Source of the DNA: Catajapyx aquilonaris
Taxonomy: Eukaryota
Length of the DNA stretch: 35,314 nucleotides
Direction of reading: 5' to 3'
Assembly (NCBI GenBank): GCA_000934665.2
Contig: JYFJ02004046.1
Coordinates: forward strand, 1 to 35,314
A program made the translations under genes and the position numbers. Shown one piece after another: positions 11,963 through 23,859 of the stretch. The notes beneath the pieces were generated by a model. That model did no database searches, had not been told where the DNA came from, and saw only the letters and a list, made by a program, of their open reading frames with translations. Positions within the stretch are counted from its first letter, which is position 1; every line of letters begins with the position of its first letter.

Positions 11963-12475
11963 TATAGAATTTAAAAATATTCATTGTCAATATCAATTCT
12001 AGGCTGCGTTAAACACTTACAGAAGCTTCGATTGCTATTAGTGTTGAAACTAATAGTTACCACTCTTTAATACATTTTTCTATGCAAATTAAAAAAAATC
12101 GCGGTTACCTCCACCTACAAAAAAAATCATGACAAAGCACCGCTTTCCGTCCCCAAGCACATTCCTCCAACCATGGCACTAAATTAATGACTGAAGTTTG
12201 TTACGAATTTGAATCGTCCATTATCAGCAGCTTGTCGGAGGGCCTGGGGCTTTGTGTCGACGTTTGTTGGAAAAGGGGGGGTATGGCGGGGAGGGAATCG
12301 AGGAGGTTGGGGAGGACTGGGGGGTACAAGCTGCTGTTGCTGCCACGATGATATCTCTCTAGCTCTCATAGGATTTGGTCTGAATCTATAGCTCTTAAGG
12401 ATTAACGTTTCTTCAGCTACGTTTGTTCAACAATAGTTTTTTTCTGAAAGGCATATGATTTTTGGCACACCCAGT

Positions 12476-12762
12476 TAGGGTTTAGAGACTCCCTGGAACC
12501 GGTGTACACCCTGATCAAGGAACCAGGTGGAACCTGCATGGAACCGGCATCGAACCGGCATCGAACCGCCGTCGAACCGCCATCAAACCGCCGTCGAACC
12601 GCCATCAAACCGCCGTCGAACCGCCATCGAACCGCCCTCGAACAGCCATCGAACCGCCGTCGAACCGCCGTCGAACCGCCATCGAACCGGCATGGAACCG
12701 GGTGGAACCTACCGGTTTCAGGGTCTGGTGTACACTTTTTTGAAGAGTTGAAAACCCCTTGA
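12476..12762. mobile_element. Probable hAT-like MITE with an internal 11-bp (ATCGAACCGCC) array
   Basis: TAGGGTTT left end and degenerate AAAACCCCTTG right end, with flanking CACCCAGT/TACCCAGT. Array at 12540-12700. Confidence 0.55.
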
Positions 12763-13234
12763 TACCCAGTACCAAAAAATGAAAATAGTAAAAATAGAAT
12801 CATATGGTTACGTTTATAAACCTCTGACAGGAAGTTTGGCAAAGTATTCCTGTTCTAGCATAGTACCCCCCCCCCCCCAAAAANAAAAAAAATTTGGGCT
12901 TGAGCCCAGGAGATTCCTAGTGCATTTTACATTCACTAGGGAGAACTTGCCCTGTTTACTTTGCCATTCTCACTGCCATTCACAACTGCCGCTCGACTCC
13001 TTTGGCCTTCTGCACCTGCTTTAATCTTCTCGCCTTCTTAACCATGGCGACAGGTGATGTAATTCCCACACCACCCACATGGGGCTGGAATATGCACAGG
13101 GTGGAACGAAATAAAACTGGCTTCCAAAATACTGTTGAAATGTAAGTTGGGGATATGATGTGTTGATATGTGGAACATATGGAATCAACAAAAGCTAAGA
13201 TGCGTATGTCATACATTTTGTTTTGAAATTTTGC

Positions 13235-14060
13235 AATGGTGGCACTGAAAATGTGTAAATTTTAAATTGGTGAAAATTACACTGCAGTGTGTGACGACCC
13301 CGGGTCTGCCCCGGGGCCAACCTCATGCTAGCTCTACCAAGGAAACACCTGGGTTCCATGGACACTGGTTTATTGGACTTATCCAGGTCACCACCCTAGT
13401 ACAGACTTTTCTCCAGACTCAATCGACTCTGGTTACTGATTCTCCCCTGGCCAAAGCCAGGGAAGCAGTGCGCATGCCCCACCCACATCACATGATCGGA
13501 AGGGGGAGGGCTCTCACAAGTGATATGAAGTTAATTTTAAATTAATTTCATACAGAATTCCAGTCCCACCAATTATGAAGTTACTTGTCATTTAAAATTA
13601 AAATTAAAATAGTAAAAATTACATTGTATGGTGGCACTGAAAATGTATATGAAATTAGTTTAAAATTAACTTCATGCACATTTTCAGTGCCACCGCTTGT
13701 GAGAGCCCGCTTTCTTCCGGTCATGTGATGTGGGTGGGGCATGCGCACTGCTTCCCTGGCTTTGGCCAGGGGAGAGTCACTTGGTAATCAGTGTACCATT
13801 TTAAGATTTAATTTTAAATTAACTTCATACACATTTCAGTGCCACCGCTTGTTAGAGCCCGCCCCCTTCCGGCCATGTGATGTGGGAAAGTATGCGCACT
13901 GCTTCCCTGGCTTTGGCCAGGGGAGAGTCACTTGGTAATCAGTGTACCTGTTTAAAATTTAATTTTAAATTAACTTCATACACATTTCAGTGCCACCACT
14001 GCACTCCAGTGTACTTTTTACAATTTTAAAATTTAATTTTAAATTCAGACACTGCAGTGT
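13235..14060. repeat. Inverted plus tandem ~150-bp module cluster, possibly one TIR element at 13280-14059
   Basis: 13433-13522 is the reverse complement of tandem units at about 13660-13810 and 13811-13965. TA|CACTGCAGTGTGTGA...TCAGACACTGCAGTG|TA is a 14/15 inverted match. Confidence 0.7.
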
Positions 14061-15323
14061 AAATTATAATTAAACAAAATTGGGCTTTTGAAATGAGAAT
14101 TTCTCGTAATTTTATCCATTCTATAAATAGCTTTAAAAGCATTTTAATTTGTGTGCATTTAACTTATCCGATGTTTAATTCAGACTGGACCAGTTCAGAC
14201 CTGTCCTATCAGGTTCTAACCTATCTGAACCTGTTCCAACATGTTTGAGCCTGTTTGGACCTGCTCGTTTCCCCTTTGTTCAGGACTATGATCACGTTTA
14301 GGCCTGATCTACCCCCCTCTGCTGCCCTCACAAAGCTCATGCATACCTTTTCCCACCCAGTCTACCCATCCGAGTACTGACACGTCTCTCACACGCTGTC
14401 CAGCCCAAATGTGAACCCCCAGTAAAATGTCAAGGCAGCCTCAATTAACAATTCAATTGACAAGTGAACTGAAGTGTTTATACACCTGGCCATTAAACCT
14501 TCTGACTGGGAAGCAAAGCAAACTGAAAGCTTTTTTGGAATCGATTCAGAGGGACTGGATCGAACCGCCTGCGACATGCACCACGTTCATACAGTGTCCA
14601 CTCAGTGTGTCCCGACTAGTACAAATGACACCCTCAACAATGACCTGGCTCTGATTCGACACTATTAAATCGAAGGAAGGCCCAACACTAGGATTAAATT
14701 GGGCAAGACAAATGAGCTCCAAATACTGAAAGACACCCCCTGTTTGTCCAAAGGTCCTATACTATTCCCCCCCCCCCCCCCAAAAAAAAACGGACATAGA
14801 TAGGATAGAGCGCGCAATTTGGTAGGATCAATACTGTAATTAGAAGAGACATGGGCCACTCAAAACGGGTCGAATGGTACTTGTGTCCTCTCTACCTATA
14901 CTGGCTGAATGGAGTTGGAGAGTCCTACGAGAGCCTAGAGTTGATGTTTACCCAGGACCAGCACTTTGGACACTGATCTGCCTGCCACTAATGGCACTGT
15001 GAATATGGTCTCAACCGACACCCAGGCTTTTGTCGGGATTATGCTATTAATGCTCCACAAATTGCCTCTACTACAAGTCAATTGTTGGGTCTGGCAATGA
15101 GGTGATTGCATGGTACTTGTACTCATATCTGATTAGTACACGTGTAAATATCAGGCATGTTTGGAAAAACAAGACCCTTAGATTAGGCTGAGTTGAAGGT
15201 CCAAATGTCAACAAACAACAAGTGATATAAACTATCAAATACTATTGATCTAACAATAAGTCAGCGAGTCAAAATTTTGCATTTTACAATCAAATGGAGC
15301 TATAGTTGAAGCCAAGTGGTTAA

Positions 15324-15444
15324 CCACTTCGGTACTCCGGTGTACACCTCCTGTAGTACTCCCAGGTAGCCTACTCCTTAGGTGCCTTACTCTTTGGTAC
15401 TCCTTGAATTTTGGTACTCCAGTGTACGCATTACGGTCGAGTGG
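15324..15444. mobile_element. piggyBac-like MITE (TTAA TSD), copy 1
   Basis: TTAA|CCACTTCGGTACTCC...GTCGAGTGG|TTAA. Homologous to 33690-33830. Confidence 0.78.
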
Positions 15445-16129
15445 TTAACCCTTGAAGGGTTAAATTCGTTCGATTCACAACATCAGGAAGCTACTAGATA
15501 ATTGTTAATTAGTTAATAATTGTGGTAAGAATTGTTGTACTCTCACATACTATTGATCTAACAGTAAGTCACAGAGTAAAAATTTCGCTTATATAAATTA
15601 AACCGAGCTATATTTTCAGCCTTAAATTTCGCTCAGTTCACAGCATCGCATTGTGTTAAAATTTGCTAAATTATTCTATTGTTAAATATTCTTTTAAACA
15701 TTGGATTGTACTCTCACATACTATTAAACTGACAGTAAGTCACAGAGTAAAAAATTCGCTAATAGAAATTAAATCTAACTCTATTTTGTACAATCAAATT
15801 TCGTTTAGTTCACATCATCGCATTGTGTTACATATTTGCTAAATTATTCCATTGTTAAAAATTCTTTTAAACATTGGATTGTACTCTCACATACTATTGT
15901 ACTGACAGTAAGTCACAGAGTAAAAAATTCGCTGATAGAAATTAAATCTAACTCTATTTTGTACCATCAAATTCGTTCGATTCACAACATCGTATTGTGT
16001 TAACAGTTGCTAAATTTCCAAATTGTTAATAATTGTGTTAAACATTGGATTGCACAGTTACATACTATTGATGTAACAGTAAGTCACACTGTAAAAATTT
16101 AGCTTATAAAAATTTAACCTAGCACTATA

Positions 16130-16340
16130 CAGGGTGTTTGAACTTTTTTGTCCGAACAGTTATCGGAAATATTGCACTAAGCTGCTACTTTGTAAGCAGT
16201 GTATGCCACTTCAACCTAAGATTCGCAGGGAATATTCCCCATTCTTCCGACAAACCGGTTGCAAGTCACTCCTTACAAAGTAGCAGCTTATAGTGCAATA
16301 TTTCTGATAACTGTTCGGACAAAAAAGTTGAAACACCCTG
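16130..16340. mobile_element. Tc1/mariner-type MITE (CAGGGTG ends, TA TSD)
   Basis: TA|CAGGGTGTTTGAACTTTTTTGTCCGAACAGTTATC...GATAACTGTTCGGACAAAAAAGTTGAAACACCCTG|TA. Confidence 0.92.
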
Positions 16341-17377
16341 TATGTTGCCCTAAATTCGTTCAGTTCATATAATAGCCATCGTGTTAAAAATTGCCGAATT
16401 GTTCAATTATTTATAATTCTTTTAACCATTCTCTCACATATACTATTGATGTAACAATTAGTCATAATGTAAAAATTAAAAATTAAGCATAGCTCTATTT
16501 TGTAGCCTATTTACAGAATCATGCTAACTGTTGCGTTCCCAGCATAAATTAGCTTCATATTATTTTTGAGCCGTTACAAAACAGAGCTAGCGAGTTAGTA
16601 ACGCACTCGCTTAACATAACGGTCGGTCTGTTGACTGTAGGCTAATAATCATTGCTGTGTACAGGAAATGTTGGAGTAACGCAGTTTCAGCTGTACTCAG
16701 CTGGAAGGACCAACCGCATTACTCATGTAGTGTCATGCTCTGATTCACTGTGGGGATCCAGACACGCCTCACGAGGTTTTCTCATATACAGAACCCCCCC
16801 CCCCCCATTTTTTTCAAAAGGCCCACAGAGTTACCAGAGCAAATTTTTACCTTTGTGTATTTTCCTTCCCCTGGTAACACTTGCTGGGTAACTCATTCAG
16901 GTATCATGGCGCCCTCTCTCGTGGGTGGAAGTCCTCTTAATAGAGTGTGTGCCTTGTGATAAATTAACCCAAGATTCCGGGGCGATTGTGCTTGTGGGGC
17001 GTGTTTGTCGGAATAAGAAACAAAGAGGAGGAAATAAATTTTACAACGTTTGTTCCCAAAGAAAGCCGTTAGACATTTATGGCGCTGCTTGTTGTTTCGA
17101 GCGGGGATTCTCTGAGTGCAGGTAGTTTGTGATGTAATTGAAGCTCTAGGACATAGAACGGAGAAAAGAAGTTAATAATGAAGTTTGGCAGCTATTCGTG
17201 CTATTTTTCAGGTTCTTTTGTGTTAAAATTCATTTAGCTTTCAATTGTTACTGCAAGATTGCTTTTTCTTCGAGGTTGTGAGGGGTTCAGGTCATTACTC
17301 TGACTCCGAAAGGTCACTCAGGGTCGTTTGTGGTCCAACAGGTTCGGAGCAATCCACTCTCCTAAAACGTGTACACC

Positions 17378-18170
17378 ATGATTACCCTTGATTACCCATA
17401 TTACTACTATGATTACACATCTGCTTACCTTGATTATCTTATTACCAATTGTACCAATTTGCCAATTACCAAAATTACCTTGCATTTACCCACATTACTC
17501 CTATGATAACCATATTACCTTCTGATTACCCAAATTACCTTATGATTACCCAAATTACCTTATGATTACCCTGATTACACCTCTGATTACCCAGATTACC
17601 TTGTGTTTACCCTCTGATTACCCTGATTATCTTATTACACCTCTGATTACCCTGATTACCTTATTACACCTCTGATGACCACAATTACCTTTCATTTACC
17701 CAGATTACTTTATGTTTACCCATATTACTCCTATGATAATCATATTACCTTATGATTACCCCTGGATTACCCATATAACATTATGATTACCCAAATTACC
17801 TTACGATTACCCTGATTACACTTCTGATTACTCGGATTACCTTGTGTGTACCCAGATTACCTTGTATTTACCCAGATTACCTTGTATTTACCCAGATTAC
17901 CTTGTATTTACCCAGATTACCTTGTATTTACCCAAATAACTCATATGATAAACATGGTAGTACCTTATGATTACCCAGATTACTGCAGATTACCTTGATA
18001 TTTCTTATCATTAATTACATACTTATGATTGCCCAGATTACCTTGATATTTCCTATTATTACATACTTATGATTACCCAGATTACCTTGATATTTACTCT
18101 TATTACATACTTATGATTACCCAGATTACCATATTTACTGTTATTACATATGACTACCCAGATTACCAAT
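17378..18170. repeat. Degenerate (GATTACC)-based low-complexity satellite
   Basis: Many 9-11-bp ATTACC units, with 20-bp higher-order copies of CCCAGATTACCTTGTATTTA. Confidence 0.92.
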
Positions 18171-19187
18171 TGAAGTGTACATCATATTACCAAAGTGGGT
18201 GATCCCTTGCAGCAACCTATATTTACGACCGCCTGCACCCAGGTTGTTTCACGACTCATCTGCCCACACCAAGCGTGTGGCCTCTAGCGAGAGACCCCGA
18301 CCTTCTAGTTTTCAATTAATTTTGTAACAATTGTGATTGTCATCACAACAGTTAAAAACACCAGCATACAGATTAGTAAATGACTTTTTCCTCCTATCCA
18401 AAGTGTGGAATGGCTAATTAAGAGCTAATGAACATCGCGGTGTTACTCTTGGGCAATAAAAGTTGGGGGNATGGATGCAGGGGGACTGTGGAGTTTATTA
18501 TACAGGCGATAGTGCCCGGGTTTGGGAGGTTGTAAATTGAGGTCGTGTGCTGACCAAACAATTGGTCTGATCAACGCGCCATGGGAATCCAAACTAACCA
18601 CGACGAATAGCGGCGACCCCTTCTGTGTTCGCAACGCATTAGAACACATTCAACTAATAAACAAGTGGTCAATACCCCTCGTTAGTGCTATGTTAGTTCG
18701 AGCTATTGCACTAGATTTGCCAAGTTTAATGTGGCGTGTCTGGAAAATACAATATTACAGGGGGCGGGGGGGAGGGGTGTCCCGACCTATAATTTGCAGG
18801 GCATATTGTAATTGATGCTATTATTTGTAACCATTGTTAGTAGCAGGGCTTTGTAGAATATTTTAGGGCGATTCGTCACAATGGGTTTTGTCCGAATTAT
18901 TTCTTTACATTGGATCCAAATGAAGCTTTTTGGACAAATCGACATGTTTAAATGTTTCCAGGTCGTTTGATGTCAATTTTCTACCATGGTTAATAACAAA
19001 TGAGGGGGTTTTATGCGTGATATGACTGGCAGCCTGACGCAAATTGTAATGCGGGAAAGAAGGGTGTCAAAAAACTTACTCTATTTTAATAGCTACGAAC
19101 GATTAATACTGGTCAATCACTCTGTGAGGGTCAGATTCGAATGGACTGAATTAGGTCAATTATTTCAAGAAAACTATAATTCATATA

Positions 19188-19552
19188 CAGGGTGATCAAA
19201 CTTTTTTGTCGCTTTAGTTATTGACAAATTCGGCCTAAGCTGCTTATATTGTAGGCCGTTACCTGGCAACCCTGTCCGGTGGGCCAATTCAAACATCGGC
19301 CCATGGAGAGCGCTTCCATTGTTGCCACTGTTTACAAATCGAGTGAGTTAGTGCGCAGGCAGAAGAGACCCATCGCTGGGTTGTCCGCGTCACTAACACG
19401 ATTTGTAAACAGTGGCAACAATGGAAGCGTTCTCCATGGGCCGATGTTTGAATTGGCCCACCGGACGGGGTTGCCAGGTCACGGGCTACAATATAAGCAG
19501 CTTAGGCCGAATTTGTCAATAACTAAAACGACAAAAATGTTTGATCACCCTG
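19188..19552. mobile_element. 365-bp Tc1/mariner-type MITE with ~165-bp arms
   Basis: TA|CAGGGTGATCAAAC...GTTTGATCACCCTG|TA, a near-perfect foldback. Confidence 0.93.
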
Positions 19553-19710
19553 TATTGTTAAAATTTCCGTGAAAAATCATTCACAATTTTGATTAAAAAA
19601 TATTAAAAAGAACTGATAGGATAAGGACTGCTTAATATTTAGCTAATATTGATGAAAAACACATTACACATTTTAAAAATAACCATGTAGCCTAACTGCT
19701 ATTTTAGATA

Positions 19711-19917
19711 CAGGGTGGTCCAAGTTCAAGTGTCGTTTTATAACGGCGATTAATAGCAGTGATTTTGCGATGACGTAGCAGCGACGCGTAAAATGTCCCA
19801 CTTCGGCGCATCTTCGGCGCAATCGAAGTGGGCAATTTTATACGTCGCTGCTACGTCATCGTTAAGCGCTTCTATTAATCGCCGTTATAAAACGACACTT
19901 GAACTTGGACCACCCTG
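19711..19917. mobile_element. Tc1/mariner-type MITE (CAGGGTG ends, TA TSD)
   Basis: TA|CAGGGTGGTCCAAGTTCAAGTGTCGTTTTATAACGGCG...CTTGAACTTGGACCACCCTG|TA. Confidence 0.93.
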
Positions 19918-20916
19918 TATATGTAAACAACTGACGTACGAGTATTTGTATTACTCGTAATTGTATTACAATTTAATTATTTTTTAAAAATCTTCATATA
20001 GCGGTAATTCACAGTCACAATTTTAATGGCAAATATTTAAAATGAACTTAATTTTAACTTAATGAAAAAAACTTACATAATTTTAAAAATAACCAACTAA
20101 TATAAGCAACTGTTATTTCACACATCTGTAAACAATTGAAATTTCATTTAAAAAATCTTGCATGACCTATGACCTAAGGTCAGGCCTAGGTCTCCAATTG
20201 AAAACATTCAACCGACATGGAAAATGCGCCAGAGCTCACAGGGTACAAATTATCAACTTTGTAACATTTTTTTGCGACCCCCCCCCCCCCGACCCCCATC
20301 AATTTTTTTTTTGTTTGTTCACTCGGGGGGTTTTTGTTCTTGTAGATGGCAACGGGCAGGCTTCCAAAGGGGCGAGGAAGAAGCCGAGAAGAATATTTAT
20401 GACAACGTGCCCAAATTGGATTACTTTCAAAAGAACCTTACAGTTAATTCTAGATGAGAGAAAACAGGCGGAGGTTTCTCTCTAGCTTGTGGACACATCC
20501 TCTTTAAAGGCTGGATCATATCCATCAAAGTCCGGTTAAGAATTGGCCAACCGTTAATTTGTTGACAAACGGGAATTCCTTGCATCGACCCAACGTCCGA
20601 TAAAATTGTTTGGTCCTTTACACGTTTATTTATTTATTTATTCAATAGTTCCTACTCCCATCCACCAGAGGCTCTACCTCCACCAATTGCTCATGCGTAG
20701 AACGGGGCTAATCAGAAGCCTCGGTTATACCACAAAATATTTTTCGAATATTTATTTACGGTATGTATTTAGTTAGTTAGTTAGCAGTTCCTCTTTCCAT
20801 CCACCAGAAGCGCTGCCTGCACCCATTGCGTATCTAATTGCGCATGGGCAGAGCGGGAGCCAATCGGAAGCGTCGCGCAAACAATATACGGCGGGCCAAT
20901 CGGTCCTACACGGAAT

Positions 20917-21153
20917 TAGGGCTGTGCGATATTTCGATACATCGACTGTCAATACGATATTTTCCTAATATCGAAGTTGCGATATCCGACGCTTGGCATG
21001 TGTGATATACTGTATTGAATATTGCCATGTCGGTTTGCGATATTTTGCGATATTTTTCGATGTCGGTTTTTCAATTTTCGATATATCGACTTCGATTCGA
21101 TATTTTTTGAGTATCGAAAGTCGATATGAAATTTCGTATATCGCACAGCCCTA
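20917..21153. mobile_element. hAT-type MITE, copy 2
   Basis: TAGGGCTGTGCGA...TCGCACAGCCCTA. TSD CACGGAAT/CACGAAAT. Confidence 0.9.
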
Positions 21154-21267
21154 CACGAAATCGTTTTAATATTTCTGTACTTATTTGTTTGGTTTTTTGC
21201 TTATTTATTAAATAGCAAGTTGTAAATAAATAAATTTTATTTATTTATTTACAACTTCCTACTTAAT

Positions 21268-21438
21268 GCTGTGCGATATACGAAATTTCATATCGACTTT
21301 CGATACTCAAAAAATATCGAATCGAAGTCGATATATCGAAAATCGAAAAACCGACATCGAAACGACATCGAAAAATATCGCAAAATATCGCAAAATATCG
21401 CAAAATATCGCAAACCGACATGGCGATATTCAATATAT
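21268..21438. mobile_element. Inverted partial copy of the hAT-type MITE
   Basis: Reverse complement of about 21010-21149. It lacks the terminal TAGG and a TSD. Confidence 0.85.
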
Positions 21439-22474
21439 AATAAATAAATTTTATTTATTTACTACTTCTTCCGACAACCACCAGAGGTGCTGCCTCCATA
21501 TATTGCGCAGGTGTAGAACGGGGGCCAATCGGAAGCCTCGGTCATACCACGAAGGATTTTAATATCAATTCATTAATTAATTTGTTTGTTTGTTTGTTTA
21601 CTACGAGTAGTTCTTCCTCCTACACATCAGAGGCGCAGCCTCCACCCATTGCGCAGGCCCAGAACGGGAGCCAATCAGAATCTTAGATCATACAACGAAG
21701 GATTTGAATTTTATTTATTTATTTCAAACAGTATTAGGCAAGATAGCAATAATAACTATGCAAAAATTACACATATGTACTTTTTGCATGGTAATTTGTT
21801 TAATTATTTACTTACTTATTTACTTAATACCAAGTAGTTTACATGGTGGTATCCCATCCCCCTAACAAGGGCCCAGGGCCCGATAATGGGGTACAGTTTT
21901 TTTTTAATACCACGTGGTCAGGTCTGATTACTCTTTCCTTCTAAGGCACATCTGCAATTAGCTTAATCGCTGAATCACAACTGTTATTTGGCCCATTGTT
22001 CCACCATACACTCCAGCAGCCATTTTATCATTCCTGGTGAAAACTAGGCCTAAGCTACAAGTAAAACTGTCCAATATAATACATAGGGAAAGCTTCACAT
22101 GTGGAGAGCGACATCCGGGGAAGATTAGCATGCTATCAAGCTGTCATTGTTATCCCGAGCAGCTTATGGGTCGCTAGGGGGAAAAGAGAGGCGGGTTTTG
22201 GTATGGGTACCGGTAAAAAAAATTGTTCGGAGTATCGCTTGACGTAATTTATGTGGCAGGATGAAGTGCCTTTTATGCCTGCGCCAATTCGGACGTGTCC
22301 CAGATGTTATTTTGGAACAGAGAGGACAGTTGCCATGGGGGATGTGGTTGGGACGCCCATTTCGAGGATAGTATCGATTCCTTTGTTGAATTGATATGTA
22401 AAAAAGGGGTGGTAACAATATAGACAAATCTCAGGACGGAAAGAATATACACTGATGTACCAAGAAAAAATGGT

Positions 22475-22629
22475 AAAACTACACTCTTAACCATTTACCC
22501 TCTCTAGAGAAGGTAAATGGTTAAGAGTGTAGTAAGGGTGAAAGTCGCATACATGTCCTGCACTAATCCCTACTGAGTCAGTATGGATTAGTGAAGGACA
22601 TGTATGCGACTTTCACCCTTACTAGTTTT
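22475..22629. mobile_element. ~105-bp near-perfect hairpin element with the 48-bp micro-MITE nested in its left arm
   Basis: AAAACTA[48-bp insert+TA]GTAAGGGTGAAAGTCGCATACATGTCC...GGACATGTATGCGACTTTCACCCTTACTAGTTTT. Confidence 0.8.
22482..22529. mobile_element. 48-bp hairpin micro-MITE with TA TSD (copy 2, opposite orientation)
   Basis: Exact reverse complement of 3914-3961. Confidence 0.88.
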
Positions 22630-23362
22630 GCACTATTTTCAGTTAGGGTGTTTCTTCTTAGAATGGCATTTGCTACGACTAGGCTTAATGGTGAAGAGTA
22701 GCGACACCTTTTGTGGAGGTGATTAAATATTCACAATGTCATTTAGGAGATGGAAGTTAGTGGTTCTAGCCCCTTAGTTCTTGCGGCCAAGGACCAGCAT
22801 CGTGTTTCAGATTAGATGAGTGCAAAGCAGTCTACTGCAGCTGTACAATCCTCAGGCAATACAGTAGAACATAATCTCTATTTCCACTTTGTCCACTCTG
22901 TCCACTCTGTATTGCTTTCCTAGGCTCTGTGGTCTGGAAAGCTTCCTCCTCAGGCTTGCACAGATCCACAGGGGAGTAATAAATCTCACTTAAGTTTCAT
23001 TACTGGCTAGGTTCATACTGCGCACTATTATTTTCTCATGAGGTTGTGGGCTATCTAATAGTTTTCGTGCTTTATCACATTGTTTTGGTCATAGTACTAT
23101 GAACATGTTGATAAGGAAATATGGCCAGTTCTATTCTGATTTTGTGTTCCTCCTCAACCATATTGGCACCATAAGGTCACTCAGGGTCCAACAATATACA
23201 CAACCCATTTATTACAAGCCCTACCCAACAGTCCACACCCAGCAGACGCCACTGCCCTCTGGAGGGGCGTTTCTTTAGACTCTAACAAGTTTGACGGCAA
23301 ATCTATCTACACCCTTTATAATTGATATTTAAGGAGGTTGGCCCAGCATTGCCTTTCAACCT

Positions 23363-23539
23363 CCAAGGATAGGGAAGGAAGGAAGCGGCTGTGGCCTATT
23401 ATACGGAAGCGACCCCGGAATTTTCCTAAAAAGACCGTGGAAAACCACAGAAAACCACGGTCACGGTTGCCGGCCCCGGGATTCGAACCCAGGACCTCCC
23501 GATTAGCAGTCTGACGCCCTATCCACTATGCCAACCTGC
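23363..23539 (-). mobile_element. tRNA-derived SINE family A with intact pol III head
   Basis: Minus strand A box TGGCATAGTGG (23533-23523) and B box GGTTCGAATCC (23489-23479). The body matches 4415-4545. Confidence 0.85.
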
Positions 23540-23564
23540 TTCGGTTACACTGTGGTAATACAGG

Positions 23565-23859
23565 TAGGGCTGTACGATAATTCGATACATCGATTGTCGA
23601 TACAATATTTTTCTAATATCGAAGTCGCGATATCTGACGCTTATGTGCGATGTATCGAATATCGCGATTTTTCGATGTCGCTTTTCGTTATTTTTTGATG
23701 CCGGTTCGATGTCGGTTCGATGCCGGTTCGATGTCGGTTCGATGCCGGTTCGATGTCGGTTCGATGTCGTTTCGATGTCGGTTTTTCGATACATCGACTC
23801 CGATTCGACATTTTTAGTATCGAAAGTCGATATGCAATTTCGAATATCGCACAGCCCTA
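23565..23859. mobile_element. hAT-type MITE, copy 3
   Basis: TAGGGCTGTACGA...TCGCACAGCCCTA. TSD AATACAGG/AATACATG, with an internal 11-bp TCGATG(C/T)CGGT array. Confidence 0.9.

Larger units (their letters stand above)
15235..16510. repeat. ~172-bp AT-rich satellite-like tandem repeat (about 6 units) carrying two MITE insertions
   Basis: ATACTATTGATCTAACAGTAAGTCAC-like motif at about 15239, 15547, 15718, 15891, 16062 and 16440. Confidence 0.88.
20645..21710 (+). repeat. Cluster of four ~90-110-bp copies of the CCACCAGAGG...CCAATCGGAAGCCTC element
   Basis: Copies at about 20650-20735, 20785-20880, 21460-21560 and 21608-21710. A fifth lies at 3870-4000. Confidence 0.8.

Noticed and set aside
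12417..12842. Arg/Pro-rich ORFs
   Set aside because: Derived from the 11-bp tandem array.
17378..18170. Interstitial telomeric repeat
   Set aside because: The ATTACC-based units are heterogeneous and do not match TTAGG or TTAGGG.
23473..23539. Functional tRNA gene (also 31130-31190)
   Set aside because: No proper acceptor stem, and it is attached to a SINE-like body, so it is a SINE head.
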